In this document: positions 12,487-23,861 of the stretch, piece after piece
How the letters are laid out: every line of letters begins with the position of its first letter
Position numbering within the stretch: position 1 is the stretch's first letter
Assembly (NCBI GenBank): GCA_008632985.1
Contig: QPGO01000245.1
Location: 62,001 to 97,790, forward strand
DNA: 35,790 bases
From: Psammoneis japonica
Lineage: Eukaryota
Direction of reading: 5' to 3'
Translations under genes and position numbers: made by a program
Notes under the pieces: model-generated
Told to the model about the DNA's origin: nothing
The model's database searches: none
Seen by the model: the letters and a program-made list of their open reading frames with translations, nothing else

Positions 12487-12880
12487 TGAATGAATAAACA
12501 TCAAAGTATGGGTCGGTGTTTGTCACAAAATGCCGATACGAGACCACACGATTGCGACCGATATTCCTCGCCACAGATCAAACACACAGCATAGACAAGA
12601 CAGGGGATACTTTTCGTATGTACAATAAAGAGATACCAGCAATGCTACGCAACAGAGCAGGTGTATTGAACGAATAAACATCGAAGCATGGGTCGTCACA
12701 ATTTCCTATTTTGCGGTGTTTCCAGTCAATGTGATTGCAACATTTCTCGACAAAGATTAAACACACAGCATACCCAAGACAGATTATATTTCTCGTATTT
12801 ATGATAAAGAGACACCAGCAATGGGCGGCAACAGAGGAGGTGCAATGAACGAATAAGCATCAAAGTATGGGTTTGTCGCT
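12487..12880 (+). repeat. ~180-bp tandem repeat (about 2.2 copies), not TA/CG-depleted
   Basis: tgaaYgaataaRcatcRaagYatgggt starts at 12487, 12667 and 12846. The internal aaacacacagcata..caagacag...ataaagagaYaccagcaatg segment is repeated twice. Confidence 0.8.
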
Positions 12881-13132
12881 CAGAAATGGCGAAGACAACC
12901 GCGAAATGACCCCATTTTGATTTATACACAACGACAACTCCGTTTCTCGCCAAACCAAGGGCCTTACATAACAATACTGTAAGGACTCCTAAAAGTAACA
13001 CCCATGTCTTAATGAACGAAAACGATCAAGAATAGCTCAAACAAGGCAGAGTGTGGGTCGGCGCGCTGCTGCTTGATTGGCGAAAGTTATCACACGCACG
13101 CACGAAAAACCAACAGCTAAAAAAATCGCACC

Positions 13133-16100
13133 ATGGCAGGAAGCAAACGCCGTACCTCTGGCGTGAAGAATCAAGGTTCTCCTCGCAAGGGTATGAACAA
13201 GAAAAAAGGTAAAGGACAAGATGGTCAAATAAATCAAACGATCGAACGATCCAATGAGACTAACGAGGAGGGTAACCAATTGGCACAGATGCCGACGAAC
13301 TCCAGTGCTAATTCTACACGCAAAACACACGTGCCAAGAAAACACGGGAAACAATCGTCACACCCCATGAACACAATACAAAACCCCAAAAGAACGTGGT
13401 CCACCACCACAACGACCTGCGACATTGGTAAAGCCGGGAGCAGACCTTTCAGACAAGAAACCATTCATATTCTCCTCTTCTATCAGTGTGCCAGCACCAC
13501 CGCAGCAGCAACCGGCGCAAAGGCCATACCTTCAGCCGTGGCGAAAGTGTGGCAGAAGCAGCAGAAGCAGTATCAACAACAGCAATACCCCAAACAGCAG
13601 CAACAGCAGCAGGATGTCCACTACGGGCCCAAATTCGTCCAATGCCGCAGCAACGAAAACCGCCACAGCATCGCTATCCTCAACAGATGGATCAACGTCG
13701 CTACCAACAGCAGCAATATACGTTCAACATCAACAGCAACTTGAAGCTCGCCAAAAGCGGAAACCAAGATGGAAAGCGTTATGGAACCGTGTAAGGGGTT
13801 GGACGAGTTGGCCAATTTGGAGGATACCATATCTCACAATGCAAAACGCTTGCTTGCGTCTTCGTCATCCATGATATCAAAGAGCGCTACAATAAGCAAG
13901 ACGAAGAAAAAGCAAGAACCGCCACATGCAACGACATTTGCTTCAGATCCAAATACAAAGAATTGGAATGATCGCATGGCTGGTAAAAAGAATGTGATTC
14001 GGGCTGGTGCATCGTCCACGCCGCCCGCCCTCGGGCCATCAACATTCTCCACCCACCGCGGTAACTTTCAACCAAAACGCAACAGCCAAGCCACGTCCAT
14101 ACCCAAGTATTCAATGTACTACTCTACTGAGCAGCCCAGTAAGATGGCCGTTGGAGGAATGGTGGGATCAACCAAGGAGCAGCAGCAGACTCCAAATGCT
14201 CTCAAGCCTTCCAGTCAGACCCCGTCAAAGCCGCTCCCCCATCCCAGCAGCAGGAAGCAGCCGGATCATAGACAGATCTCTTCTGCCATTGATGGTTGGT
14301 CTTCTTCACCAGACACCTCACGTAGTACCTTTTCATACGACTTTGATTCTCTAAAGTTCTTGTCAAAAATTGTCGGTGCCATTCCGTCTCCGATGCGTTC
14401 CTTCAAGAGGCGGTCGTCTTCCTCTCTTTTGCCGCTAAAGCATGGAAAGATAGAGATGAAGTTGATAGATTGGAATCATTGTATCCACGAAGTACCAAAG
14501 AAAAGTGGCGAGAACGTCTGTTTCCATTTAGTGGATAGCAGACGAGTACGGATAACACATCGAAACGACGACCATGGAAAGCACTTTATAGGCACTCGAA
14601 AATTTCATCAACAACAATGACGGAGCCCTTGCAAGAAGCTTTGAGTCTGTACAACCATGGCAAAAAAGGAAGCCTATCGCTCTTGTCCACGCAAGATGCA
14701 CGTACCTGTCACGCTATCGGGCGTCATTGCGCCTTTTCGGATATGCTGTGTCTTGGAATGATTCTTTTGCGTAATCCGTGAGATGACGCCGTTTGTTCAG
14801 ACTCTAAACATCCCAACTCTCAAGGAGCTTGACAGTTCATCGTTTCTGAGCTCGTTACAGAGCGCCTATTTAGACGGGTTGACGAATTCATGGGCGCCAT
14901 TTGCTCTAATTGCGGCGTTTCTTGTATTTGCCAACAACTCCATCGAATGGAATCCGCAGATTCAAAGGGTGGCTTTCGAGGCTGGCGACTCGGCAAGGGA
15001 TTTGACGCTATACAGCCAATTGTATTTGCGTTTAATGTCGTCCTTGCCACTACAACGAAACGTATTGGAGTGGTCGCGGTGGACCGCAGGTGCTCAGGCG
15101 ATTGCCATGGTGGCGTCTTGACGTCTTTCATCCTTTATCTTTTTGGCTCTGGTCGGCCTTTGCATTGTTACGGTATCGTTTGTTTAACCAGTACTGGCTG
15201 CAATCGTTTTTGCTTTTGGCGAAGTATTGAGCTTGCCACAGTGGAGATCATGGCCAGTGCCGTGGGCAGACCTGAGGTCCGAAACAAGACATGTTTTCAA
15301 AGGCTTGAGTGATACAATCTTGCCTTTCTTCGGAATCGAAAACGCGAGTAGCTTTCGGAAAGTGCACCCGAAGAAACTTCTATTTCATATATCAGTAGTG
15401 GTTGCTCTGTTGTCATTGTCGCGGTTTCCTGATTTGGTGTTACAACGGAAACGTTTGAAAGCGCAATGGACTCTACCGACGACGATGAAATGGAGGACGA
15501 AGCTGCCGCATCGCTGCTAGCCAGCAGCACCGAGAATCTGAACAAGCTGGGTGTTACCAGCGCATCAAGGTTGACTCTCCAAGCCGAGCCTGGTACTATC
15601 GAAGGCACTCTTGAACGGTGGCATAAGCTGAAACAGCAATCTGATGGGGTCGGAGTCTCAGCTAACTCGCTCAAGTCGCTTCTTAAACTTGCTGGGTACT
15701 CAGTTTCTGCTGGACTGCTACTTGCGACCCCGCTTTTACTTTATATGGCGCTTGGCATGTCCCAGTCATCTCTACCCGGACTCGATTCAACGTTGGTAAA
15801 TCTGTCCGTTCTCCTCTTTTTCAGCTGGTGGCTTGTATGGAACGCGTTAGGGAGCTTGTTGAATGGAGGTGTCGTCCTCTATCCAGTAAGCGCATTGTAC
15901 AAGACTCTTGTTGATACTGTTGGGGAGATTTCACAATTAAAGTCGGCAAAAGGTGACATCCAGATAGCTGCAATGGTATCGCCTACCAAGGGAATAGCTG
16001 CGTCCGATATTTGGGCTGCTCACACTGCCAAACGTGCTTGGGCTGTGCGTGGCGCGAACATCTCATGCCGTAATGGAGAAGTGTTAGTCTTGCTCGGAAA

Positions 16101-16982
16101 TGATGGCGCCGGAAAGACCCGTTTGTTGACAGCCTTGGTGGAGCCCATGGTCCAGCCTCCGAAGCGATCTCAATCAACGACGAAAGTCCGAGGCTCGTTG
16201 AGTGCCGGTGGCATTGACGTTGCAAAATGGGACAGGATTCAGCTGAAGAAGCGTCTTGGAGTGTCTTTAATAGACGTCCGCACTGTCACTGATCTTGCCA
16301 AGTTTATGTCAGGCTCACTCTCGAAGAGATACTAGAGCCTTTCGACAACGGGCGCAGCATGGCCGAACCTCACAGCACAGGAGGTCGAGAACGCAGCGCC
16401 ATGGCCCTGGCTATGAGGGCAGTATTTGTATTGTTTTCAGGGTGAGACGAATTCACGGTAATTCTTAAGCATCGCGCCAACTGTTTTGTGCGTATTCAGA
16501 TTACTGGCGTTTCGGCTTCGCTATTGCCGCGGCTCCCTTCAAAACTCTCGACGGTCGTCTCTGCAAACGAGGATGAGCTACAGCCATCAGCACTGCGACC
16601 GCCGGCTAGTGCATTGTCTCCTTCGGAGTGGTCAAAAGTTCTGCTCACCAAAGTTCTAGCTCAGGCGACACACGACAATGACAACCAAGCCAAATCACAC
16701 AATTCGGTTGACAAATGTTTGTTGGGATCTATATTGTTTCTCGATGATGTTACAGCATCAATGTAAGAAGCAGAAGAGGCCAGATTCCTAGCTGCGCTGC
16801 GACAGACGGGTGCTGCGATAATCTTGTCTTCTCACAAGTGGGCAAGAGGACGGCGTTCAGACAAAGTCGCTGTTATCAAGGACGGAGCGATTGCGGAGAC
16901 TGGTGCGCACCATGATTTGCTCAAAGTTGGTCCACAGAAGGGCATATACGCGGCTCAGTGGTATTCCATGGGCACAACATGA
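13133..16982 (+). pseudogene. Fragmented gene for a membrane protein with C-terminal ABC-type ATPase domain
   Basis: Consecutive ORF pieces in shifting frames: Q-rich N-terminus, hydrophobic segments, Walker A GNDGAGKT (~16096), degenerate signature LSPSE, Walker B ILFLDD, then SSHK and DKVAVIKDGAIAETGAHHDLL ending at TGA 16980-16982. Frameshift near 16315, in-frame TAA at 16764-16766, probable intron remnant ~16420-16499. The 5-prime extent is uncertain. Confidence 0.7.
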
Positions 16983-17774
16983 ATTGGAATGCACAAGTAT
17001 AGTTTGCTCGGCATTTGCCAAAAGATTCGCCAAAAGATTGGACAAAAAATTGGAAATTTCGATTCTCAGTCGCGGATACCCGTCGTTTAGTCGTGTCGTA
17101 AAAAGGGTCTGTATTCGGCAGAAGCAGAGAGGCAGAAAGTTGTTAGCATCGGGCTGGGCGGTTGGTGCATTGATTGGGGCCACGGTAGGATTCCTAGTCG
17201 GAGGACCACTCATCTCGTGACCTTGGTGGCTGGAACACAACACTCGGACTTTCCGGCAGCCAACATCAACGGAGTTGAATCAGCACGTTATGGGAAGCTC
17301 GGAGTATCGCTTGGAGCAGAGCTGTTGGAATCATTAACTCGTACTCTTTACATTTGGTGCAGCGCTGGGATAAATGGTCGGTTTATTGCGAGGATTTAAT
17401 CACGGCAGTTTCTGTGAAAACCATTGTAGTTACAATGGATTGCACTAGGGCCCTAGCAATTGGTCTTCCGTGGTTCGGGTGGACAATGAAGGATATACTA
17501 CAGTGAACCGGCAATGATAAAACACTGTTAATCTGGACGATTGTGCCTACACAAATACTTCTAAATGGAACGTATCGTTTGTTTTTAAATGTGCATATTT
17601 CTAACGTTACATATAATTCTGGAAGGTGTCTTTCGCTCCCTCGTCCCTGCAAATCTTCGGTATCAACGTGTTAAATCAGCTACGATGGCTTTTTGCTTAC
17701 TCAGAAAGAAGTAGCACCACCGCAATGAGTCTGGTACCAGATGATACCCGCTGACCGCACGTTCTCCAAAATCT

Positions 17775-18695
17775 TTACAGTTTCAAGGCCTGCATCTTCT
17801 GCACGAGCTCAAGCATTTTGGTTTCCATTTCCTTGGCGTCTTTTTTTGCCTGAACGTGGTTTCGAAATGCGTTCTGAATCTTTTTCGCCGCGACTTCCCT
17901 GAGTCCACGTTGGAGCTTGAGACGATTTGCCATTCCTTGAAGAGAAGTGCTGCCATACTGTCGTAGTTCCTCCTGGAGCTTGAGGTGGCGATTCAATACT
18001 TCGATTTTGCGTTCACGTTGGAGCTTGAGACGATTCACCATTCCTTGAAGAGAAGTGCTGCCATACTGTCGTAGTTCCTCCTGGAGCTTGAGGTGGCGAT
18101 TCAATACGTCGATTTTGCGTTCACGTTGGAGCTTGAGACGATTCACCATTCCTTGAAGAGAAGTGCTGCCATACTGTCGTAGTTCCTCCTGGAGCTTGAG
18201 GTGGCGATTCAATACTTCGATTTTGCGTTCACGTTGGAGCTTGAGACGATTCACCATTCCTTGAAGAGAAGTGCTGCCATACTGTCGAAGTTCCTCCTGG
18301 AGCTTGAGGTGGCGATTCAATACTTCGATTTTGCGTTCACGTTGGAGCTTGGTCGCAAGCTTCTCTTTCAAAAACCAACCTCGGATGACGGTATAAATGG
18401 TAGAAAGGACGGGAAGGCGAATGGTCGCACTAGTCTTCTTCAAAAACCAAACTTGGATGACAGCATGAACGGTAGAAAGGATGGGAAGGCGAATGGATAG
18501 ACCTTTCATGAAGAACGCTTTTACTTTTGAGACTTTCGAAACGACGCGTCGGAAAATCAAGAAAACCAGGACGGCCAAGCTCTTCGTCAAAACGAAGACG
18601 CAGAACAAAGCGAGAGGGATTTCCATGCCAATAGAAGCAACAAGAACCGCCATAATGGCGATCTTGAGCATAGCGAAGAGAAGGTAAGCAGTCAT
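17775..18695 (-). CDS. Hypothetical membrane-anchored protein with four 36-aa coiled-coil repeats and an IQ-like motif
   Basis: Open frame (ORF track 17775-18722, first ATG at 18695). Hydrophobic N-terminus, 2x 24-aa repeat, 4x KLQRERKIEVLNRHLKLQEELRQYGSTSLQGMVNRL, then AAKKIQNAFRNH. Confidence 0.6.
   Translation of the reverse strand: MTAYLLFAMLKIAIMAVLVASIGMEIPLALFCVFVLTKSLAVLVFLIFRRVVSKVSKVKAFFMKGLSIRLPILSTVHAVIQVWFLKKTSATIRLPVLSTIYTVIRGWFLKEKLATKLQRERKIEVLNRHLKLQEELRQYGSTSLQGMVNRLKLQRERKIEVLNRHLKLQEELRQYGSTSLQGMVNRLKLQRERKIDVLNRHLKLQEELRQYGSTSLQGMVNRLKLQRERKIEVLNRHLKLQEELRQYGSTSLQGMANRLKLQRGLREVAAKKIQNAFRNHVQAKKDAKEMETKMLELVQKMQALKL
17906..18351. repeat. Near-perfect 108-bp coding tandem repeat, ~4.1 copies
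   Basis: ttcacgttggagctt recurs at 18012, 18120, 18228 and 18336 (period 108). Confidence 0.95.
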
Positions 18696-19548
18696 GGTGA
18701 CAATACTTGCTCTATCGATCACAACAACAGAGAAAGTGAGACGATTTCTGTTCTGATCAGCGTGCAGCGTGGACGTGGATCGAGCAGGAGACCTTCGTTG
18801 GTTTGACGTCTGTTCTATTTAAAAAAACATATGTCCATTAATATAGTTATATTCCGTTGTCCAAACCGTGCTCATTGGCCACGATTGCTCTCAGTTTGGC
18901 CCAAAGTGAAGAATACAATGATCAATGAACATATAGATATATTTAACAAACAAACTACACTCTTCTGATACTGGAACTAAATTGCATCGATTTTGGTCGG
19001 ATGAGTCAGATGTCGCATCATTCATTGTTGCGGTGTAACTGCTACACGGCATGATGAGATTCGCGATGCCGACATCCCCTCTCTAGAGCACCACTCTAGC
19101 TAGCTAGAGAGAAGTTGAAAGCTGAGCATTGCCACAGCTGTTTGAGAAAGGCTGCGTCATTTACCCCCCTGTGTTTCGATGATCGACGCAGCAGTCCAGT
19201 CTCTTGATGCATGTGAGGACGCATGAGTTGCCGCTGGATGATTTGGCCGAAACCCAGTGCAACAAGTGCCAGCATCTTGACGATGAAGAAACAGATGACG
19301 AAGATGCTGCTCATGCTGCTGCTGCGTTTGACAGTCTCCCAATGGAGTTGTTGAAAGATGAAATTTGCCGGATGGAGAGAGTCAGATGCAATGTGCGCTG
19401 CTTGTCAAATCTGGGCGATCATCATCCATCCTCTGGGCTCGGCGCAAAAGTGCAAAGACCTGCTTCATGTTGTGCCAGCATCTAGACACAAGAACAAAAA
19501 AGCCATGGGAAAGGCAAGAGGTCAGATGCACAACACGAGAGCAAGTGG

Positions 19549-20867
19549 GATGTGTTTTCATCCCAGGTGAGAAACTTTTGGACACATCACGAGGTTTTCT
19601 ACGTGTTTCTACATGAGACACACATTTAGCACCAAAAATCTTAGTAAAAAACGAGCTCCATGACAGCAAAAATATATTTTTCCATGTCTCGAACCACAAA
19701 CCACAATTCGCGCAAACCGAAAATGGCACCATGCCGTCGCCATGAACTCGTCCATTCTTGCACCAACGGATGTTGTGACTGAGAAGGCAAGAATGCCGAG
19801 ACAGGTCAATGAGACAACGCTCAATGCGATGATGTGGTTGAAAATTTGATCTTTGTTTTTTGTTGTGCCTCATGGACAGCCTTTTGACTCATGACATTTT
19901 TGATGCCTCTTTCTCTCTTCCTCAGCTTGCGAAGCAGGATTCTCATCAACGCGCTGCTCCATCTGCTTGACACCAGATGCTGACAACGAAGAATGTTTCC
20001 ATGACACGTTGCTGTGATTCTTACAATGTGTCGTCCGCACTTTGAGTCGTCATGGACGACGCTTTTTTGGGTCGTGCGACAACATCAGATTTCGCCACCG
20101 ACAAGAGAATCGTTGTGTGTTCGGTTTTGAGGGTGTGTGAGGATAAAGAATCTCAGATGCAAGTGTGACAGTTTCATCATTGTAAAGTGGAACAATGCCA
20201 TTAGCGACATCTCAGTGTTGCAGCCATTTTATTTCATTCTAAGATAGAACTGGTCATTTTGAGCGGTGAAATTTTGTCAACATTTCATCTTTAACTCTGC
20301 TTGGGCACATCAAATCACATGACAACTGGACACACATTGAACTTTGACGCTGCTGTTTCAATCCTGTTGTTTTATTCACTCAAGCATCCCACACAGGTCG
20401 ACAAATCAGTCGATCTTTGAAATGGCCGATCGCGCAAAAAAATCACGTGCGAAGTCAGTTCCCCCGATTTTTCTCATGCAAACAACGGAGTTAGAATGCC
20501 GTTCTTTTTTGGCATGAGCTCTTCACACAATGAACAATGCGTGCATTCTTTCAAAGCAGTCAGATTCGGTGAAAGAAACAGTGGAGTGGTCTCTCAAATG
20601 CACCAGAATGACAACAACGAGCAGATGGCTGTCAGTTTCACTCCAAAAAATGCCGCTTTCGAGACAGCGCTTTTCTTGCACGCACCCTTCAACCAATGAG
20701 AATGACGGCTGGCTTTTCAAAATAAACATGTCTGTGGAAAGAAGAAACGAAAAATCGGGGGAAAGTCCAGTCAGATTTGCTCGCACAAAAAGCACGGCGA
20801 CGGAAAAGGGACAGACGAAACGTCTCACCTCCGCATGCGCGTTTCTCACCTGGGATGAAAACACATC
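19549..20867. mobile_element. Non-autonomous TIR DNA transposon, 1319 bp, 27-bp perfect TIRs, 4-bp TSD (GTGG)
   Basis: gatgtgttttcatcccaggtgagaaac (19549-19575) is the exact reverse complement of 20841-20867. GTGG lies at 19545-19548 and 20868-20871. An uninterrupted homologue of the flanks lies at 33196-33360. No recognisable transposase. Confidence 0.9.
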
Positions 20868-21801
20868 GTGGCTTGCACAGCAAACAACAAACTGGCACTT
20901 TCCTTTTGAGCTTTCTTTGTTTTTTTTTGAAACTCAGACAAGTTGACAAAAACAGCTGAGGAGGATGAGAAACAAAGTGCTGCAATGTTGCACACCATCA
21001 GAGGCTGCAATGTGGTGGTTTCCACTTTCCTTTGTAATTTTTTAATGTGCATTGTTAAAAGTGGTGACAAGGAGAATGTTCAAACAATGCCAGCAAAAGT
21101 GCCCAACAAAATGCAGCTGTTTTGTGCATTCATCTGATGTCTCATGAACTTTTCTTGCACAAGCTTCAATCAAATGCATGCAATGTTTAATTTAATTGGG
21201 GTTGAAATCTGTGTTTTGTGGTGCATGGTTTGGTTTCCTTTTGACTGCAATCAATTTGAACTTGGTTCTAACTTTGTCCTCCTTGCTCACATGCCTCTGT
21301 CTTTGCATGTGTGCAGTCTGCTGTGCATGCAGTGCTTCATGCTCACACGTGAACCACCTTCATTTTTCTTCATGTTTCCCAGATTTGCACAGCCTGTTGA
21401 TCTGCGGTGTTTTCAGCATGTTTTTGCATGCGCAATTTTCTGCACACTTCACAACAGTGCACCCTCTCCCCAAAATTTGAAAACAAGAGCGTGCACTTTT
21501 GTGATTCAGTGGATCCTGCTTGTGGTTGCAAATCTGCAAATTGGCAACCAGCCATGGCAGTGAAAGACTTTGCCCCATTGGCAGATGACAGCAGCTCAAT
21601 GTGTGGTGAAACCTGCTGTCCTTCTGGCTGGTCAAGATGGGTTTTGATTTGGGCGCAGCTTGAGTTTTGTGATTGCGAGTGTGCTGTCATGAATCTGCCG
21701 CATCCAGAATGCTGAGCTGCTGTTGTGTTGTTGTGTGCATGCATGTCACAAAATTGCTTTTCTGTGGCATTGGTGCAATCGTGTGTGTCAGAGTTTTGCA
21801 T

Positions 21802-22114
21802 CCAGAATCATCACAAGTTGCCGCAAATGACACTCTTCAAACAAGGCATGCACAAAAAGAGGTTCATTGGGGTTTTTGATGTGCTTGCTGACAATGCATC
21901 CATCTTCTCCAATTTCCGCATCTAGATCAAGAAAGACTGCAGGTGGTGCTTGTTCCTGCAGCTCTCAGAATCACATGCATAAAAAGTTCTTTGTGCCACA
22001 TGTGGCACTCTTCAAAAAAGGCATGCACAAAAAAAGCTCTGTTGGTTTTTGATGTGTTCACTTGTGTTGCATCCATCTTCTCCAATTTCTGTGTCCAGAT
22101 CCAGAAAGACTGCA
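21802..22114 (+). repeat. Two diverged ~172-bp tandem units
   Basis: cactcttcaaa.aaggcatgcacaaaaa...tttttgatgtg...tgcatccatcttctccaatttc...agaaagactgcag occurs twice. Confidence 0.85.
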
Positions 22115-22431
22115 GAGGCAGAGAGTGAGGAAGCAACCCCACTGGAGGTTGCCTGGGTTGTTGGGCTTGTTTTTAAAGGCTTCCCAAGTCTCTCCACTGT
22201 TTCTGGTCCCCACTGCAAACACATGTCATTGATGAACCATCCACAGCACAGGAGGTGCGGGGTGAACTTGGTCATTGCCACATGACTTTGTCATTCATGC
22301 AGTGCCTTGCACAGTGTGGCACACATGCAGGCCATGATTGTTCCCACAGCTGATCCCAGCAAGTGCGCTCTGTGGCACCCAAGATGTTTTTTGCTTGCTC
22401 ACATGCTTTTTTCTGTGTTTTCTTTGAGTTG

Positions 22432-22992
22432 CAGGGGTGGAGCTGGGTGCTCGATGTCTTGCACCTCACACCAGCTTCCACATTTGCTTCAGAATCAGTG
22501 GCCCCGGATGCACCAATGCACCGGCAAGTGTGTGTTGTGGTTCATTTTAGTTCATCTACATTGTGCTCTCACAATGTGCTCCATGCTTTTCAGCAATGAA
22601 CAAGGTGGATCAGAGCAACAGCACTTCTGCTGCAAACTTGCCTGCTCCAGAATCAGTGGTGTTGGACACACTGGTGAGTCCATGTTGCCGTTCCTGTGGG
22701 TTGTGTTGGTTCATCTGTGTTGCACTCTCACAACATGTTCCACTCTTTTTGGCAATGAATGAGGTGGAGAACAGAGCAGCGGCACTTCAAGAATGGAGCA
22801 GCAGCTCCTGCTGCAAACTTGCCTGCTCCAGAATCAGTGGCACTGGATGCACCAGTGAGTCTGTGTTGCCCCTGTTCCTGTTGGCAATGTTGGTTCATCC
22901 ACATTGTGCTCTCACAATGCATTCTGCACTTTTTTGGCAATGAAAAAGGCTTCAAGAAAGTGAGCTGCAACTGCTGCTGCAAACTCCAGGGT
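22432..22992 (+). repeat. Dispersed repeat copy A, made of three ~160-bp subunits
   Basis: Colinear with 26667-27254. Subunit contains cagaatcag...gttcatc...ctctcacaa...gcaatgaa; both copies end at ctgcaaactccagggt. Confidence 0.9.
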
Positions 22993-22994
22993 TC

Positions 22995-23861
22995 CAGCGA
23001 CTGCCTCCAGAGATTGGGTGTTTGACAAAACTCAAAGTGTTGAACCTTGGATGTTGTAAGAGACTGACTGAGTTGCCTGATGAGATGGGACAATTGACAA
23101 GCTTGAAGGAATTGCAATTGAGCAACTGCTTGAAGCTTGAATGATTGCCTCATGGTTTGATTCGGCTGTTGCATCTAGAGCAGTTGAAATTGGGCAATTG
23201 CATTTCCCTCACTCAGCTGCCCCCGGGAATTGGACAGTTGCATCAGTTGGAGGTCCTCAACCTTGATTGTTGTTTCAGTCTTGCTGAAATTCCTGTTGAG
23301 ATTGGTCAGCTGTCCAAGCTGAAAACTCTCTCCTTGCGTGGCATTTTGCATTGCACACGAGAATTCTTGGAAAGCATTTGCACAAGCAGTCTGTCGAATC
23401 TGACAAACTTGGATTTGTGCAGTTGTTGTGGTCTTGCAGAGCTGCCTCCTGCAATGGGATCGCTTCGAAACCCAGAGGAGCTGGATGTGGATGGCTGTAC
23501 AAATTTGACTCACATTAGCAAAGAGGTTCTATCACTGCCGAGTCTCAAAAGTCTCGGATTGCGGGGTTGCACTGTGCTCACCATTTCACCCAAAGAAATC
23601 CGCGAGGCTTCGTATTCGGTTCAAAACGTGTACATGTCCGCCCGTGCATCCCAAGATGAAATAGACTGCTACTGTGAAATGAACAAGGCCGGACGACACC
23701 TGCTGCGTCGAGAAAATGGAATTCCTGACGCTCTCTGGCCGCACGTCGTGGAGGGTCGTCGGAGCGACGATAACTTTGTGTTTTGGTTCTTGAAGCACAA
23801 CCCGAACTTTGTCAAGAAAGGAGTTGGAAAAAGAGGAACCAGGAGAGCTCGCGAGGAATAG
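22995..23861 (+). pseudogene. 5-prime-truncated leucine-rich repeat protein pseudogene
   Basis: Frame reads QRLPPEIGCLTKLKVLNLGCCKRLTELPDEMGQLTSLKELQLSNCLKLE*LPHGL..., with plant-NLR-like ~24-aa LRRs and an in-frame TGA at 23142-23144. Ends with NKAGRHLL...ALWPHVV...VFWFLK and starts right after repeat copy A. Confidence 0.85.

Larger units (their letters stand above)
19110..23500. other. TpA-depleted repeat block 2 (CpG partly kept to ~20870, strongly lost beyond)
   Basis: Few TA, mostly in TTA/TAA. Contains a nested TIR element and several repeats; the signal fades gradually inside the LRR pseudogene. Confidence 0.8.
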
